The notes beneath the pieces are model-generated. The model searched no databases. It was given only the letters and a program-made list of their open reading frames with translations, and had not been told where the DNA came from. A program made the translations under genes and the position numbers. Positions 1 to 7,974 of a stretch of 19,419 bases of DNA are shown here, piece after piece. Each line of letters starts with the position of its first letter. The stretch's first letter is position 1. Source of the DNA: Deinococcales bacterium (GTDB lineage Bacteria; Deinococcota; Deinococci; Deinococcales; JAAFIG01); the NCBI GenBank assembly GCA_043778225.1, contig JAYWGM010000067.1, forward strand, positions 1 to 19,419, in the 5' to 3' direction.

Positions 1-73
1 ATACCGAATTAACTTAATCACTCTCGTTTGCCTGAAGAACGGCAAACTGTCGTTCTCGCGTTAAATTCGGTAT
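1..73. repeat. Small inverted-repeat element (MITE/REP-like) with internal hairpin
   Basis: ATACCGAATTAAC (1-13) pairs with GTTAAATTCGGTAT (60-73), with one extra A. Internal stem GTTTGCC (26-32) / GGCAAAC (41-47). May be cut by the window edge. Confidence 0.5.
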
Positions 74-94
74 CGTTAATACTCCCGTTGGTCG

Positions 95-123
95 GGTAAA
101 GAATCAAAAAGCGATTCTTTACC
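95..123. other. Perfect 11-bp hairpin (possible terminator or repeat)
   Basis: GGTAAAGAATC (95-105), 7-nt loop, GATTCTTTACC (113-123). Overlaps the stop codon of the 119-184 minus-strand ORF. Confidence 0.55.
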
Positions 124-184
124 TTAATTTGGGATTATTGGGATTATTTTGCATTTTTTGCAGCAACTTCTGGATTTTTGACAC
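119..184 (-). pseudogene. Truncated HicA-like toxin N-terminus (21 aa)
   Basis: GTG start gives MSKIQKLLQKMQNNPNNPKLR*, resembling HicA-family N-termini (MSK..KLL.K..NNP). It has its own TATCAT -10 box 6 nt upstream. A 9-bp tandem duplication (GGGATTATT x2, 131-148) lies just before the stop. Confidence 0.45.
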
Positions 185-263
185 GCCATGATGATACTAC
201 ACGTAGAACTATTTGACAACAATGAGGTCATCATGCCCCTCACTTGGCGCTTATGCTCGAGAA

Positions 264-1016
264 GTGAAACACCTCGTTTGGGCGTTGTTCTTTTTGCATC
301 TGCTGGTGCAACCAGTCTACGCGCTTTTACCACCGAATCTCGAGCTCACTGGAACACTTTTAATTGTGGCAAGCAGTACAACTTTTGCATTTGCACACCT
401 CTGGGTTACTCGAGGTCTAAAACCAGCCATTACTTTGTTGTTGCTGTGCTTTTTTGTGGCTGGTGGACTCGAGATTTTAAGTGTACACACTGGTTTTCCG
501 TTTGGTATTTATACTTACGGCTCACAACTGGGTTTTGCGGTGCTGGGTGTGCCACTTCTTGTGCCGCTCTGCTGGCAAATGATGGCGCACAATGCCGCCA
601 CACTGGCGCGGCTTGCTAATCCCAAAGCGGCGGTGCTGATTGCCTCCGGCGCACTGGTGGCTTGGGATGTCTACCTCGACCCACAAATGGTGCGCGGCGG
701 GTACTGGACTTGGCAACGAAATTCTGGTGCGTTTACCTATGTTGGCATTCCGCTCGAGAATTATGCTGGCTGGTTTTTAACGGCGCTGATTATTTTTAGT
801 TTGTACTGGAAACTGACCAAGCCACAGCCATTCTCGAGTTTAACGCTTTTTGAAGCCTTACCAATTCTGTCTTTTTTGTGGACTTGGTTTGGCAGCGCCT
901 TGGTCAACATTGTTTGGTGGGGACAGCCAATTGTTGGCGTGGCGGGGTTTTTTTGCATGGGATTATTTGCCATTCCAGCCATTCGCCGTTGGCTCGAGCT
1001 TAAAAGGACTTTTTAG
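264..1016 (+). CDS. cruF: Carotenoid biosynthesis membrane protein, CruF-type carotenoid 1,2-hydratase
   Basis: Multi-TM protein with motifs E..SVHTGFPFGIYTYG, GVPLLVPLCW, WDVYLDP, YWTW and GIPLENYAGW. Start moved to GTG 264 because TATGCT (252-257) lies 6 nt upstream. Confidence 0.85.
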   Translation: MKHLVWALFFLHLLVQPVYALLPPNLELTGTLLIVASSTTFAFAHLWVTRGLKPAITLLLLCFFVAGGLEILSVHTGFPFGIYTYGSQLGFAVLGVPLLVPLCWQMMAHNAATLARLANPKAAVLIASGALVAWDVYLDPQMVRGGYWTWQRNSGAFTYVGIPLENYAGWFLTALIIFSLYWKLTKPQPFSSLTLFEALPILSFLWTWFGSALVNIVWWGQPIVGVAGFFCMGLFAIPAIRRWLELKRTF

Positions 1017-1028
1017 TACGGTAGAATC

Positions 1029-1068
1029 GCAACCGTATGTTTGCTTATATCGCTAAACATACGGTTGC
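1029..1068. repeat. 14-bp perfect inverted repeat downstream of cruF (REP-like or atypical terminator)
   Basis: GCAACCGTATGTTT (1029-1042) / AAACATACGGTTGC (1055-1068). GTAG at 1021; no U-tract. Confidence 0.6.
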
Positions 1069-1091
1069 CCAGATGATCCAGGTTATTTTAC

Positions 1092-1131
1092 TAGACATTT
1101 CTTAGTCATATTGATATATTACATACCAATA
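1092..1131 (+). promoter_or_regulatory. Sigma70-type promoter with overlapping imperfect palindrome (candidate operator)
   Basis: TAGACA (1092-1097), 17-bp spacer, TATATT (1115-1120) with TGn extension. Palindrome TATTGATAT-N5-ATACCAATA (1109-1131) covers the -10 box and the start region. Confidence 0.55.
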
Positions 1132-2249
1132 TGACCGACTCTCAAAGCCTTCTCGAGCAACTGATTGCGATTGATAGTGTCAATCCAAGTCTTGTGCCAA
1201 ATGGCGCTGGCGAAACCAAGATTGCTTTGTTTGTGCAAAACTGGCTCGAGACCAATGGCTTCACCACCCACTGGATCGAGCAAACTGCTGGTCGCCCGAG
1301 CGTGGTTGGCATTGCCAAAGGCACTGGCGGCGGGCGCAGCCTGATGCTCAATGGGCATTTGGACACCGTAACAACAGCGGGGTACGAAGGCAATCCGCTC
1401 GAGCCTCGAATTGAAAACGGCAAAATGTACGGACGAGGCAGCTATGACATGAAAAGCGGCGTGGCTGCCATGTTGGTCGCAGCGGCTCGAGCCAGAGTTT
1501 GGGGTTTGCGCGGCGATATTCTCGTTGCTTGTGTGAGCGATGAAGAAGACTCGAGCATTGGCACAGAAGAAGTTCTGCGTTCGTTTACTGCCAATGCTGG
1601 TATTGTCTGTGAACCCACCGAACTCGAGCTTGTGACGGCGCATAAAGGTTTTGTTTGGGCTACCATGACCACCCACGGCGTAGCAGCCCACGGCTCGAGA
1701 CCACATTTGGGGGTGGATGCGATTGCTAAAATGGGGCGGGTTTTGATTGAACTCGAGGCATTGGACAAACGATTGCGCTCGAGTTCACCACATCCAATTC
1801 TTGGAACAGGCAGTATTCATGCCAGCATTATCAGTGGCGGCGAGGAACGCTCGAGTTACCCAGCAAGTTGTACTCTCGAGCTTGAACGGCGCACGATTCC
1901 TTCTGAAAATACCAGCACCTTAGAAGCCGAAATTAAGGCAATACTCGAGACGTGCCAAAAAGCCGACCCAAACTTCAAAGCCAGTTACTCAATTGGTCTC
2001 GAGCGTCACCCACTCGAGACTCCAGCAGATGCAAAAATTCTCGAGATTTTACAGCGCACAACAGGCGCTAAAATTTCGGGCGCAAGTTACTGGGCAGATG
2101 CCGCACTGATGCAAGCGGCGGGAATAGACACGGTTATGTATGGCGTGATTGGGGCTGGCGCTCATGCCAGTACAGAATGCGTAGATTTAGCCAGCCTCGA
2201 GACACTGACGGATAATTTATTTGAAACAATAAAGGAGTTCTGCTCGTGA
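1131..2249 (+). CDS. M20 family metallo-deacylase (ArgE/DapE-like)
   Basis: Motifs LNGHLDTV, GRGSYDMKSG, DEE, EPT, AHGSRP..G.DAI and C-terminal GAH...E. Confidence 0.92.
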   Translation: MTDSQSLLEQLIAIDSVNPSLVPNGAGETKIALFVQNWLETNGFTTHWIEQTAGRPSVVGIAKGTGGGRSLMLNGHLDTVTTAGYEGNPLEPRIENGKMYGRGSYDMKSGVAAMLVAAARARVWGLRGDILVACVSDEEDSSIGTEEVLRSFTANAGIVCEPTELELVTAHKGFVWATMTTHGVAAHGSRPHLGVDAIAKMGRVLIELEALDKRLRSSSPHPILGTGSIHASIISGGEERSSYPASCTLELERRTIPSENTSTLEAEIKAILETCQKADPNFKASYSIGLERHPLETPADAKILEILQRTTGAKISGASYWADAALMQAAGIDTVMYGVIGAGAHASTECVDLASLETLTDNLFETIKEFCS

Positions 2250-2980
2250 GTATCACAATTGCGGCTTTCCAAATGCCCTTTGCAACTGCCAACCGAGCTA
2301 AGAATCTGGAGTTGGTACTTGAAAGATTGCAATGGGCAGAGATTCGGCAGGTAGAATTGGTGGTTTTCCCAGAGTGTTTTTTAACCGGGTACTTTACGAA
2401 TTTGATTGATGCTAAAGCTGCTGCATTGAACATAGAAAGCTCAGAATTCCAAATGGTGTTACAGCAACTCGAGCCATTCAAAAGTACAATTGTGCTTGGT
2501 CTAATCGAAACCGACGGTATAAATTTCTATAATACGGCTGTTGTCATCTTAAATGGAACATTACTAGGCAAATACAGAAAAACCCATCCGAATGAAAAAT
2601 GTTTTGTAGCAGGTAACGAATACCCTGTTTTTGCAGTTGCGAACTTTCAATTTGGCATCAACATTTGTGCGGATGCCAATTTCCCAGAAGCAGCCTATCG
2701 AGTTGCTGAGGCAGGCGCGAATATCATTGTTTATCCTCTTTATAATGCTTTGCCTGAGGATATTGCGATTCGTTGGAGAGAAAAAAGCCCTGAGAACCTG
2801 CGCCTTCGGGCGATTGAAACGGGTTGCTACATTATTTCTGCTGATGTTATTGGGCATGACCACTCGAGCCTAAGCTATGGATGTACACAAGTTTTTAGTC
2901 CATCAGGTGAACTAATGAGTGCAGTTTCAGAATTTGAAATAGGAGTTGCTATGACAATCATTTCTAGGGAGAAATTATGA
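2246..2980 (+). CDS. Carbon-nitrogen hydrolase (nitrilase superfamily)
   Basis: Glu-Lys-Cys triad motifs VFPE, YRKTH and ICAD.NFPE. GTG start overlaps the upstream TGA (GTGA). Confidence 0.9.
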   Translation: MSITIAAFQMPFATANRAKNLELVLERLQWAEIRQVELVVFPECFLTGYFTNLIDAKAAALNIESSEFQMVLQQLEPFKSTIVLGLIETDGINFYNTAVVILNGTLLGKYRKTHPNEKCFVAGNEYPVFAVANFQFGINICADANFPEAAYRVAEAGANIIVYPLYNALPEDIAIRWREKSPENLRLRAIETGCYIISADVIGHDHSSLSYGCTQVFSPSGELMSAVSEFEIGVAMTIISREKL

Positions 2981-3918
2981 ATCATCGTTTAAGCCTCGAG
3001 TCAATAAAATGCGCCATGCAGACCATTCCAGCAGAATTCCTAAGCAGCCCTCAGTACGAATCTGAAGCCTTGAATGCTGTACTGGGTTCTCGAGTGACGG
3101 TCAAAATCGAAACACTCAATCCAATTCGCAGTTTTAAGGGTCGGGGTGCGGCTCATTTTGTCTCGAGTCTCGAGGTAGGAACAAAACTTGTTTGTGGAAG
3201 CGCTGGAAATTTTGGTCAAGCCATGGCATATGCAAGCCGCGCCAAAGGAATTGACCTGACCGTGTTTGCCAGTGTCAATGCCAATCCGCTGAAACTCGAG
3301 CGAATGCGGGCTTTAGGAGCAACAGTTATTTTGCAAGGACAGGATTTTGACGCAGCGAAACTCGAAGCAAAAAAATGGGCGGTCTTAAACAACGCCTACA
3401 TGGTCGAGGACGGTCTCGAGCCACTTATTTCTGAGGGGGCTGGCACAATCGGACTCGAGTTACTGCAAGGCAACGAATTTGATGCGGTGCTGATTCCACT
3501 TGGCAATGGGGCGCTCTTAAATGGCGTGGCACGGTATATCAAAGCCAACTCGAGCGCCAAAGTGTGGGCGATTTGTGCGGCTGGAGCGCCAAGTATGCTC
3601 GAGTCTTGGCAGACTGGAAAAATTGTTCGCCATGAAAGTGTGGATACCATCGCCGATGGGATTGGGGTACGCGAACCGATTCTCGAGGCGGTGCAGGACA
3701 TGAACGGCATTGTGGATAATGGCTTGTTGGTCTCGGACGAGGGTATTCTAAAAGCCATGAGGTTGCTGCATCAGCACCTTGGCTTGGTGGTTGAACCTTC
3801 TGGCGCGGTTGGGATTGCGGCTTTGCTCGAGCATCCAGAGCAATTTGTCGGTTCTCGAGTGGCGACGATTATTTGTGGTGGAAATTTAACGATTGATCAA
3901 ATGCGAATGTGGCTTTAA
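2977..3918 (+). CDS. PLP-dependent serine/threonine dehydratase-like enzyme (fold type II)
   Basis: SFKGRG (PLP lysine), SAGNFGQ, TIADG, VEPSGAVG and CGGN. ATGA overlap with the upstream gene; no ACT domain. Confidence 0.9.
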   Translation: MNHRLSLESIKCAMQTIPAEFLSSPQYESEALNAVLGSRVTVKIETLNPIRSFKGRGAAHFVSSLEVGTKLVCGSAGNFGQAMAYASRAKGIDLTVFASVNANPLKLERMRALGATVILQGQDFDAAKLEAKKWAVLNNAYMVEDGLEPLISEGAGTIGLELLQGNEFDAVLIPLGNGALLNGVARYIKANSSAKVWAICAAGAPSMLESWQTGKIVRHESVDTIADGIGVREPILEAVQDMNGIVDNGLLVSDEGILKAMRLLHQHLGLVVEPSGAVGIAALLEHPEQFVGSRVATIICGGNLTIDQMRMWL

Positions 3919-4412
3919 TCGGCTGGGGTGAGTGCGATAATCCATTCGGCTTGGTCTGGGTAAACCCCAAGAAAAAAGGCTCTCGGTTGGTCAATATAAT
4001 CTTCGTACTCAAAGCCCGGCGCAACCGTACAACCCAAAAGCGCCCAAGCTCCGCCAGCCACCAGCCTCGAGCCTTGCCAGACATCGGCTGGCGCAAGCAC
4101 TTGTGGGCGTTCGCCACGGGCTAAATCTTTACCAATCAAAATATGTTGACTTGAGCCATCTGGAAATAATTGCAACATTTCTACGCTGTCGCCAGCATAA
4201 TGATGAAAAATTTCGTCACCGCAGAGTTTATGCAGTCTCGAGCAGATTTCTGGGGTCAGCAAATAATAAATCGCGGTACTTTCGAGCCTTGGGTTGGGGT
4301 GGGTCTCGAGTTTTGGCAGATAGCGGCTCGAGCGGTAAGTCTCGAGGAAAAAACCGCCTTCACGCGGATGGGGTTCTAAGCTAAGAATGGCAATCACCTC
4401 AGTGGCAGTCAT
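3915..4412 (-). CDS. Cupin-domain protein (DUF985/Cupin_5 type)
   Basis: L.PHP.EGGF..ETYRS, TAIYYLL, H....DEIFHHY.G, PQ...P...WQGS and GCTVAPGFEYED. Start revised to ATG 4412 (MTATEVI), with TATTAT 6 nt upstream. Confidence 0.88.
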   Translation of the reverse strand: MTATEVIAILSLEPHPREGGFFLETYRSSRYLPKLETHPNPRLESTAIYYLLTPEICSRLHKLCGDEIFHHYAGDSVEMLQLFPDGSSQHILIGKDLARGERPQVLAPADVWQGSRLVAGGAWALLGCTVAPGFEYEDYIDQPRAFFLGVYPDQAEWIIALTPAD

Positions 4413-4430
4413 GGTGGCATAATACCGAGT
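4413..4430. promoter_or_regulatory. Bidirectional overlapping -10 elements for two divergent leaderless genes
   Basis: Plus strand: TGn-CATAAT (4418-4423), 7 nt before ATG 4431. Minus strand: TATTAT (4424-4419), 6 nt before ATG 4412. Confidence 0.7.
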
Positions 4431-5675
4431 ATGAAAGCAGTCATGTTGGGTGCTGGCAATCGCGGCTTTGATGTTTACGGGCGTTATGCGCTCGAACATC
4501 CAAACGAATTAAAGTTTGTGGCGGTGGCAGACCGCAACCCCGAAAAACTCGAGCGTTTTGGTATAGCCCATGGCATTCCAGTCGAACACCAGTTTTTAAG
4601 TTGGCAAGATGCCCTAAGCACCGCCGATGTGGTCTTTGTGTGCTTGCCAGATGCGCTGCACCAAGAAGTAGCGGTGGCTGCCCTGAGCGCCAACAAGCAC
4701 CTGTTGCTCGAGAAACCAGCTGCTACCACACTCGAGGGAACGAAACGAGTTTTAGCGGCAGCGCAGGCTTCGAGTGGAGTCTTGATGCTTGGTTATGTCT
4801 TACGTTACACCGCTTTTTTCCAAAAAGTCCAAGAAATTCTGCACAGCGGTACAATTGGCGATTTAATCAATCTTGATTGGCGCGAGAACGTCTCGAGTAC
4901 CCATTACAGCCACAGTTATGTGCGTGGCAATTGGCGACGCGAAGACACCAGCAGCCCAATGATTTTGGCAAAATGTTCGCACGACCTCGATTTAATTTCT
5001 TGGCTGACCAATACCCAAGTGGCTACAGTATCCAGTTTTGCTGGCTTAAAACACTTTCGGCTCGAGAATGCCCCGCAAAACGCGCCCGAACGCTGCTTGG
5101 ATGGTTGCCCGCATGAATCATGCGAATTTGATGCTGCCAAAATTTACTTACAAGAACCCGTGTCCTTTCCAGCCACGATCATCAGTGCTGACCCCAGTCT
5201 GGCTGCCCGAAAAAAAGCCCTCGAGACCAGCGATTATGGGCGTTGTGTCTACCGCATGGACAACAATGTGGTTGACCATCAGGTTGCCAGTTTTTTACTC
5301 AAAAACGGGGCGAGTGGCACATTTGCAATGCACGGACACAGCAGCCAAGAAGGGCGTTCACTGCGTTTTGACGGCACAAAAGCCACACTGCGCGGCGTTT
5401 TCAAAGCCAGTTTACAAGAACTGCGCTTAGAGCCACACAATTACCAAACCAGTTTTGGCGGCGGGGGACAAACCATATCCTTTGACCATAAGGCTGGACA
5501 CGGTGGCGGCGACGCTGGGCTAACCAAAGCGTTTCTCGAGGCAGTACAGCTTGGGGTGCGCCAAGACCCAAGCCAATACTTTGAAAGCCACCTTTTGGCA
5601 TTTGCGCTCGAGCAAGCACGGCACAGCCATCAAGTTGTAGACCTTATTCAATTCAAAGGCGAAGTGGGCTTTTGA
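4431..5675 (+). CDS. Gfo/Idh/MocA family NAD(P)-dependent oxidoreductase
   Basis: GAGNRG Rossmann motif, LLEKP, AKCSHDLD and GHGGGD. Confidence 0.92.
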   Translation: MKAVMLGAGNRGFDVYGRYALEHPNELKFVAVADRNPEKLERFGIAHGIPVEHQFLSWQDALSTADVVFVCLPDALHQEVAVAALSANKHLLLEKPAATTLEGTKRVLAAAQASSGVLMLGYVLRYTAFFQKVQEILHSGTIGDLINLDWRENVSSTHYSHSYVRGNWRREDTSSPMILAKCSHDLDLISWLTNTQVATVSSFAGLKHFRLENAPQNAPERCLDGCPHESCEFDAAKIYLQEPVSFPATIISADPSLAARKKALETSDYGRCVYRMDNNVVDHQVASFLLKNGASGTFAMHGHSSQEGRSLRFDGTKATLRGVFKASLQELRLEPHNYQTSFGGGGQTISFDHKAGHGGGDAGLTKAFLEAVQLGVRQDPSQYFESHLLAFALEQARHSHQVVDLIQFKGEVGF

Positions 5676-5744
5676 ACTGGTATCTGCTCAAGATTTATCA
5701 AGCCACTTGAGAATCTTTAAGATTTTTGCCGTATGCTGTTGTCT

Positions 5745-6587
5745 ATGCGGTTTGTGATTGTTTCTGGACGCAGTGGCGCGGGTAAGACCACAGCCCTGCA
5801 AGCCCTCGAGGAATTTGGTTATTTTGTGACCGATAACTTGCCGCCAATGCTCTGGACGGCGCTTCTGACTGGTTGCTCGGCACGTGGCTTGGAGCAGGTG
5901 GCGGTAGTCACCGATTCCCGAACCCGATTTTTTTTAGCCGACCTCGAGATGGCGTTTGCGATTGTCCAAACCTCCATTCAGCCCGAACTGGTTTTTTTAG
6001 ATGCCGACGATCACGTGTTGGTGCGGCGCTATGGACTGACACGGCGCAGTCATCCACTTGGCGAACCAACTTTGCTGGGCGATTTACGCGAAGAACACCG
6101 TGTACTCGAGGGTTTGCGCGAACGAGCCGATACGGTGATAGACACCTCCAACCTGAGTGCAAGAGATTTGATCGAACGCTTGCGGAATCTGTATGGCGAC
6201 TCGAGCCAGAAGTTTATCGTCACGCTGTTCAGTTTTGGTTTTAAGCATGGCGCACCGACCGATGCCGATTTGGTGATTGATGCTCGCAGTCTACCCAATC
6301 CTTATTGGGATCAAACCTTAAAAGAGCGCTCTGGACTCGAGCCAGACGTAGCACAGCATATTTTCACCGCCGATGGCACGGCTTTTTATAACGAGTTGCG
6401 CGAATTCATCAGGCTCAATCTCGAGCGAGCCAAAGTTGCCAAGCGTTCAAATTATAGTGTCGCGGTTGGTTGCACTGGTGGCTTTCACCGCAGTGTGGCA
6501 GTGGTCGAGAGTCTGGCGCGGGATTTCTCGAGCTATGCGGTTCAGACCGACCACCGCGATTTGGCACGTGGCGAGGGCGGCGCATGA
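5745..6587 (+). CDS. rapZ: RNase adapter / nucleotide-binding protein RapZ (YvcJ family)
   Basis: Walker A GRSGAGKT, DNLP, RRSHP, SFGFKHG.P.DAD.V.D.R.LPNP and GCTGG.HRSV. Start at ATG 5745 with TATGCT (5732-5737) 7 nt upstream. Confidence 0.95.
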   Translation: MRFVIVSGRSGAGKTTALQALEEFGYFVTDNLPPMLWTALLTGCSARGLEQVAVVTDSRTRFFLADLEMAFAIVQTSIQPELVFLDADDHVLVRRYGLTRRSHPLGEPTLLGDLREEHRVLEGLRERADTVIDTSNLSARDLIERLRNLYGDSSQKFIVTLFSFGFKHGAPTDADLVIDARSLPNPYWDQTLKERSGLEPDVAQHIFTADGTAFYNELREFIRLNLERAKVAKRSNYSVAVGCTGGFHRSVAVVESLARDFSSYAVQTDHRDLARGEGGA

Positions 6588-7894
6588 ACCTCGGGATGTG
6601 GCGCTGGCTGATTCCCGGCTTAAAAGTCAAGCGCTATGTGATTTTAATTACGCTGGGTTTAATCACCTTGGTTCTGGCTTTTGTGGCTTGGGCGCGGGTT
6701 GGTCCTGAGCGCAATAACATCATCAATTGGACAGCGCGGTTAATCGAATTTTCCGAAAGCATCGGCTTTGGGCGTTGGGGCTTAATGGCGCTTGGTTTTT
6801 TTGGCGGCTTATTACTTGGCATGATTGGCATTGCTGGCTTAAACCGCAGTTTACTGAGTGCGGTTGGCTCGAGTCCAACCGAAACACTGGACATGATTTT
6901 TCGCCGTCGGGCATTGACAAAAGGTCCAAGAATTGTCGCCATTGGTGGCGGTACGGGCTTGAGTAATTTGCTGACCGGCTTAAAGGGCTTTACCAGCAAC
7001 ATCACCGCAATTGTGGCTGTCACCGACGACGGTGGCTCGAGTGGGCGCTTGCGGGCGGGTCTCGAGATGCCAGCCCCGGGCGATTTAACCGATTGCTACG
7101 CCGCCCTTTCGGACAGTCCACTCTTAAAAGAGCTTCTGACCCACCGCTTTACCAGAGGCGATATTGCTGGGCATACCTTTGGCAATTTACTGATTGCCAC
7201 CTTAGCCGAACATCGTCAGAATTTTGCCGAAGCCACATTGGCGGTCAATGAAATCCTCGATGTCCGTGGCACAGTCTTACCCGCCAGTCTCGAGTCGGCG
7301 GTCTTGGTGGCGCACTTAGCAGATGGCAGCACCATTCGCGGCGAAAGCACTTTAGCAACCGAACGCCAAAGCAGAAAAATATTGTATATGCAACTCGAGC
7401 CAAGTCATCTGACCGCCCCCAAAGCCGCCATAACAGCAATCCAAAATGCCGAAATTATTTTGCTCGGTCCTGGCAGCCTCTACACCAGTCTGATTCCGCC
7501 TTTACTTGTGCCAGATTTACGCAATGCCTTAAAAAAAACCAAAGCCAAATTGGTTTATATCGCCAACATCATGACCGAACCCGGCGAAACCCAAGACATG
7601 ACTTTACTCGAGCATATTCTGGTGGTGGCGCAGCACCTACAACGCAATCCCGATGCTGTTTTGGTCAACAACGCCACTCTGCACCCTAGCACTGTGCAAC
7701 AATACGCCAAAGTTCACGCCGAGCCAGTCAAACAAGACCTCGATGCGGTGCGTATGCGCGGTATTGAAGTGGTGCAAGCCCCACTCACCAAAGGCGGCAA
7801 TGCCCACCACAACGCCACCCGCTTGGCTCGATCGATCATGGCATATGCTGCCAAACGCCGTATTCGTAACCCCTTGAGTTTTTACTTTGATTAA
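6584..7894 (+). CDS. yvcK: Gluconeogenesis factor YvcK/GlmR family with N-terminal TM extension
   Basis: IGGGTGLS, VTDDGGSSGRLR, PGD, GHTFGNL, GPGSLYTS and NIMTEPGET. Two hydrophobic N-terminal helices; ATGA overlap with the rapZ stop. Confidence 0.93.
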   Translation: MNLGMWRWLIPGLKVKRYVILITLGLITLVLAFVAWARVGPERNNIINWTARLIEFSESIGFGRWGLMALGFFGGLLLGMIGIAGLNRSLLSAVGSSPTETLDMIFRRRALTKGPRIVAIGGGTGLSNLLTGLKGFTSNITAIVAVTDDGGSSGRLRAGLEMPAPGDLTDCYAALSDSPLLKELLTHRFTRGDIAGHTFGNLLIATLAEHRQNFAEATLAVNEILDVRGTVLPASLESAVLVAHLADGSTIRGESTLATERQSRKILYMQLEPSHLTAPKAAITAIQNAEIILLGPGSLYTSLIPPLLVPDLRNALKKTKAKLVYIANIMTEPGETQDMTLLEHILVVAQHLQRNPDAVLVNNATLHPSTVQQYAKVHAEPVKQDLDAVRMRGIEVVQAPLTKGGNAHHNATRLARSIMAYAAKRRIRNPLSFYFD

Positions 7895-7902
7895 ACTTTT
7901 TC

Positions 7903-7967
7903 CCTTTTAACCTTTTGACCTTTTGACCTTTTGACCTTTTGACCTTTTCCCCTTTTCCCCTTAGACT
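7903..7967 (+). repeat. Octamer tandem array (CCTTTTNN x7) ending in a TAGACT -10 box
   Basis: CCTTTTAA, CCTTTTGA x4 and CCTTTTCC x2 (7903-7958), then CCTTAGACT. ATG of nif3 is 7 nt after TAGACT. Confidence 0.9.
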
Positions 7968-7974
7968 CTGCCCT

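Noticed and set aside
188..619. 143-aa plus-strand ORF overlapping cruF
   Set aside because: Out-of-frame shadow of a well-supported gene, with no recognisable motifs.
1119..1706. 195-aa antisense ORF and the many other 60-150 aa shadow ORFs in the track
   Set aside because: They lie opposite or within clear housekeeping genes, with no motifs or start signals.
4413..4499. Apparent 69-bp head-to-head overlap of cupin and oxidoreductase
   Set aside because: Artefact of the longest-ORF start. Family similarity and the -10 box point to ATG 4412.
6470..6583. N-terminal extension of YvcK overlapping rapZ
   Set aside because: ATGA coupling at 6584 is the more plausible start.
7903..7958. Tandem array as a CRISPR or iteron/origin
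   Set aside because: Units are 8 bp with no spacers, and no cas or rep gene or DnaA boxes were seen.
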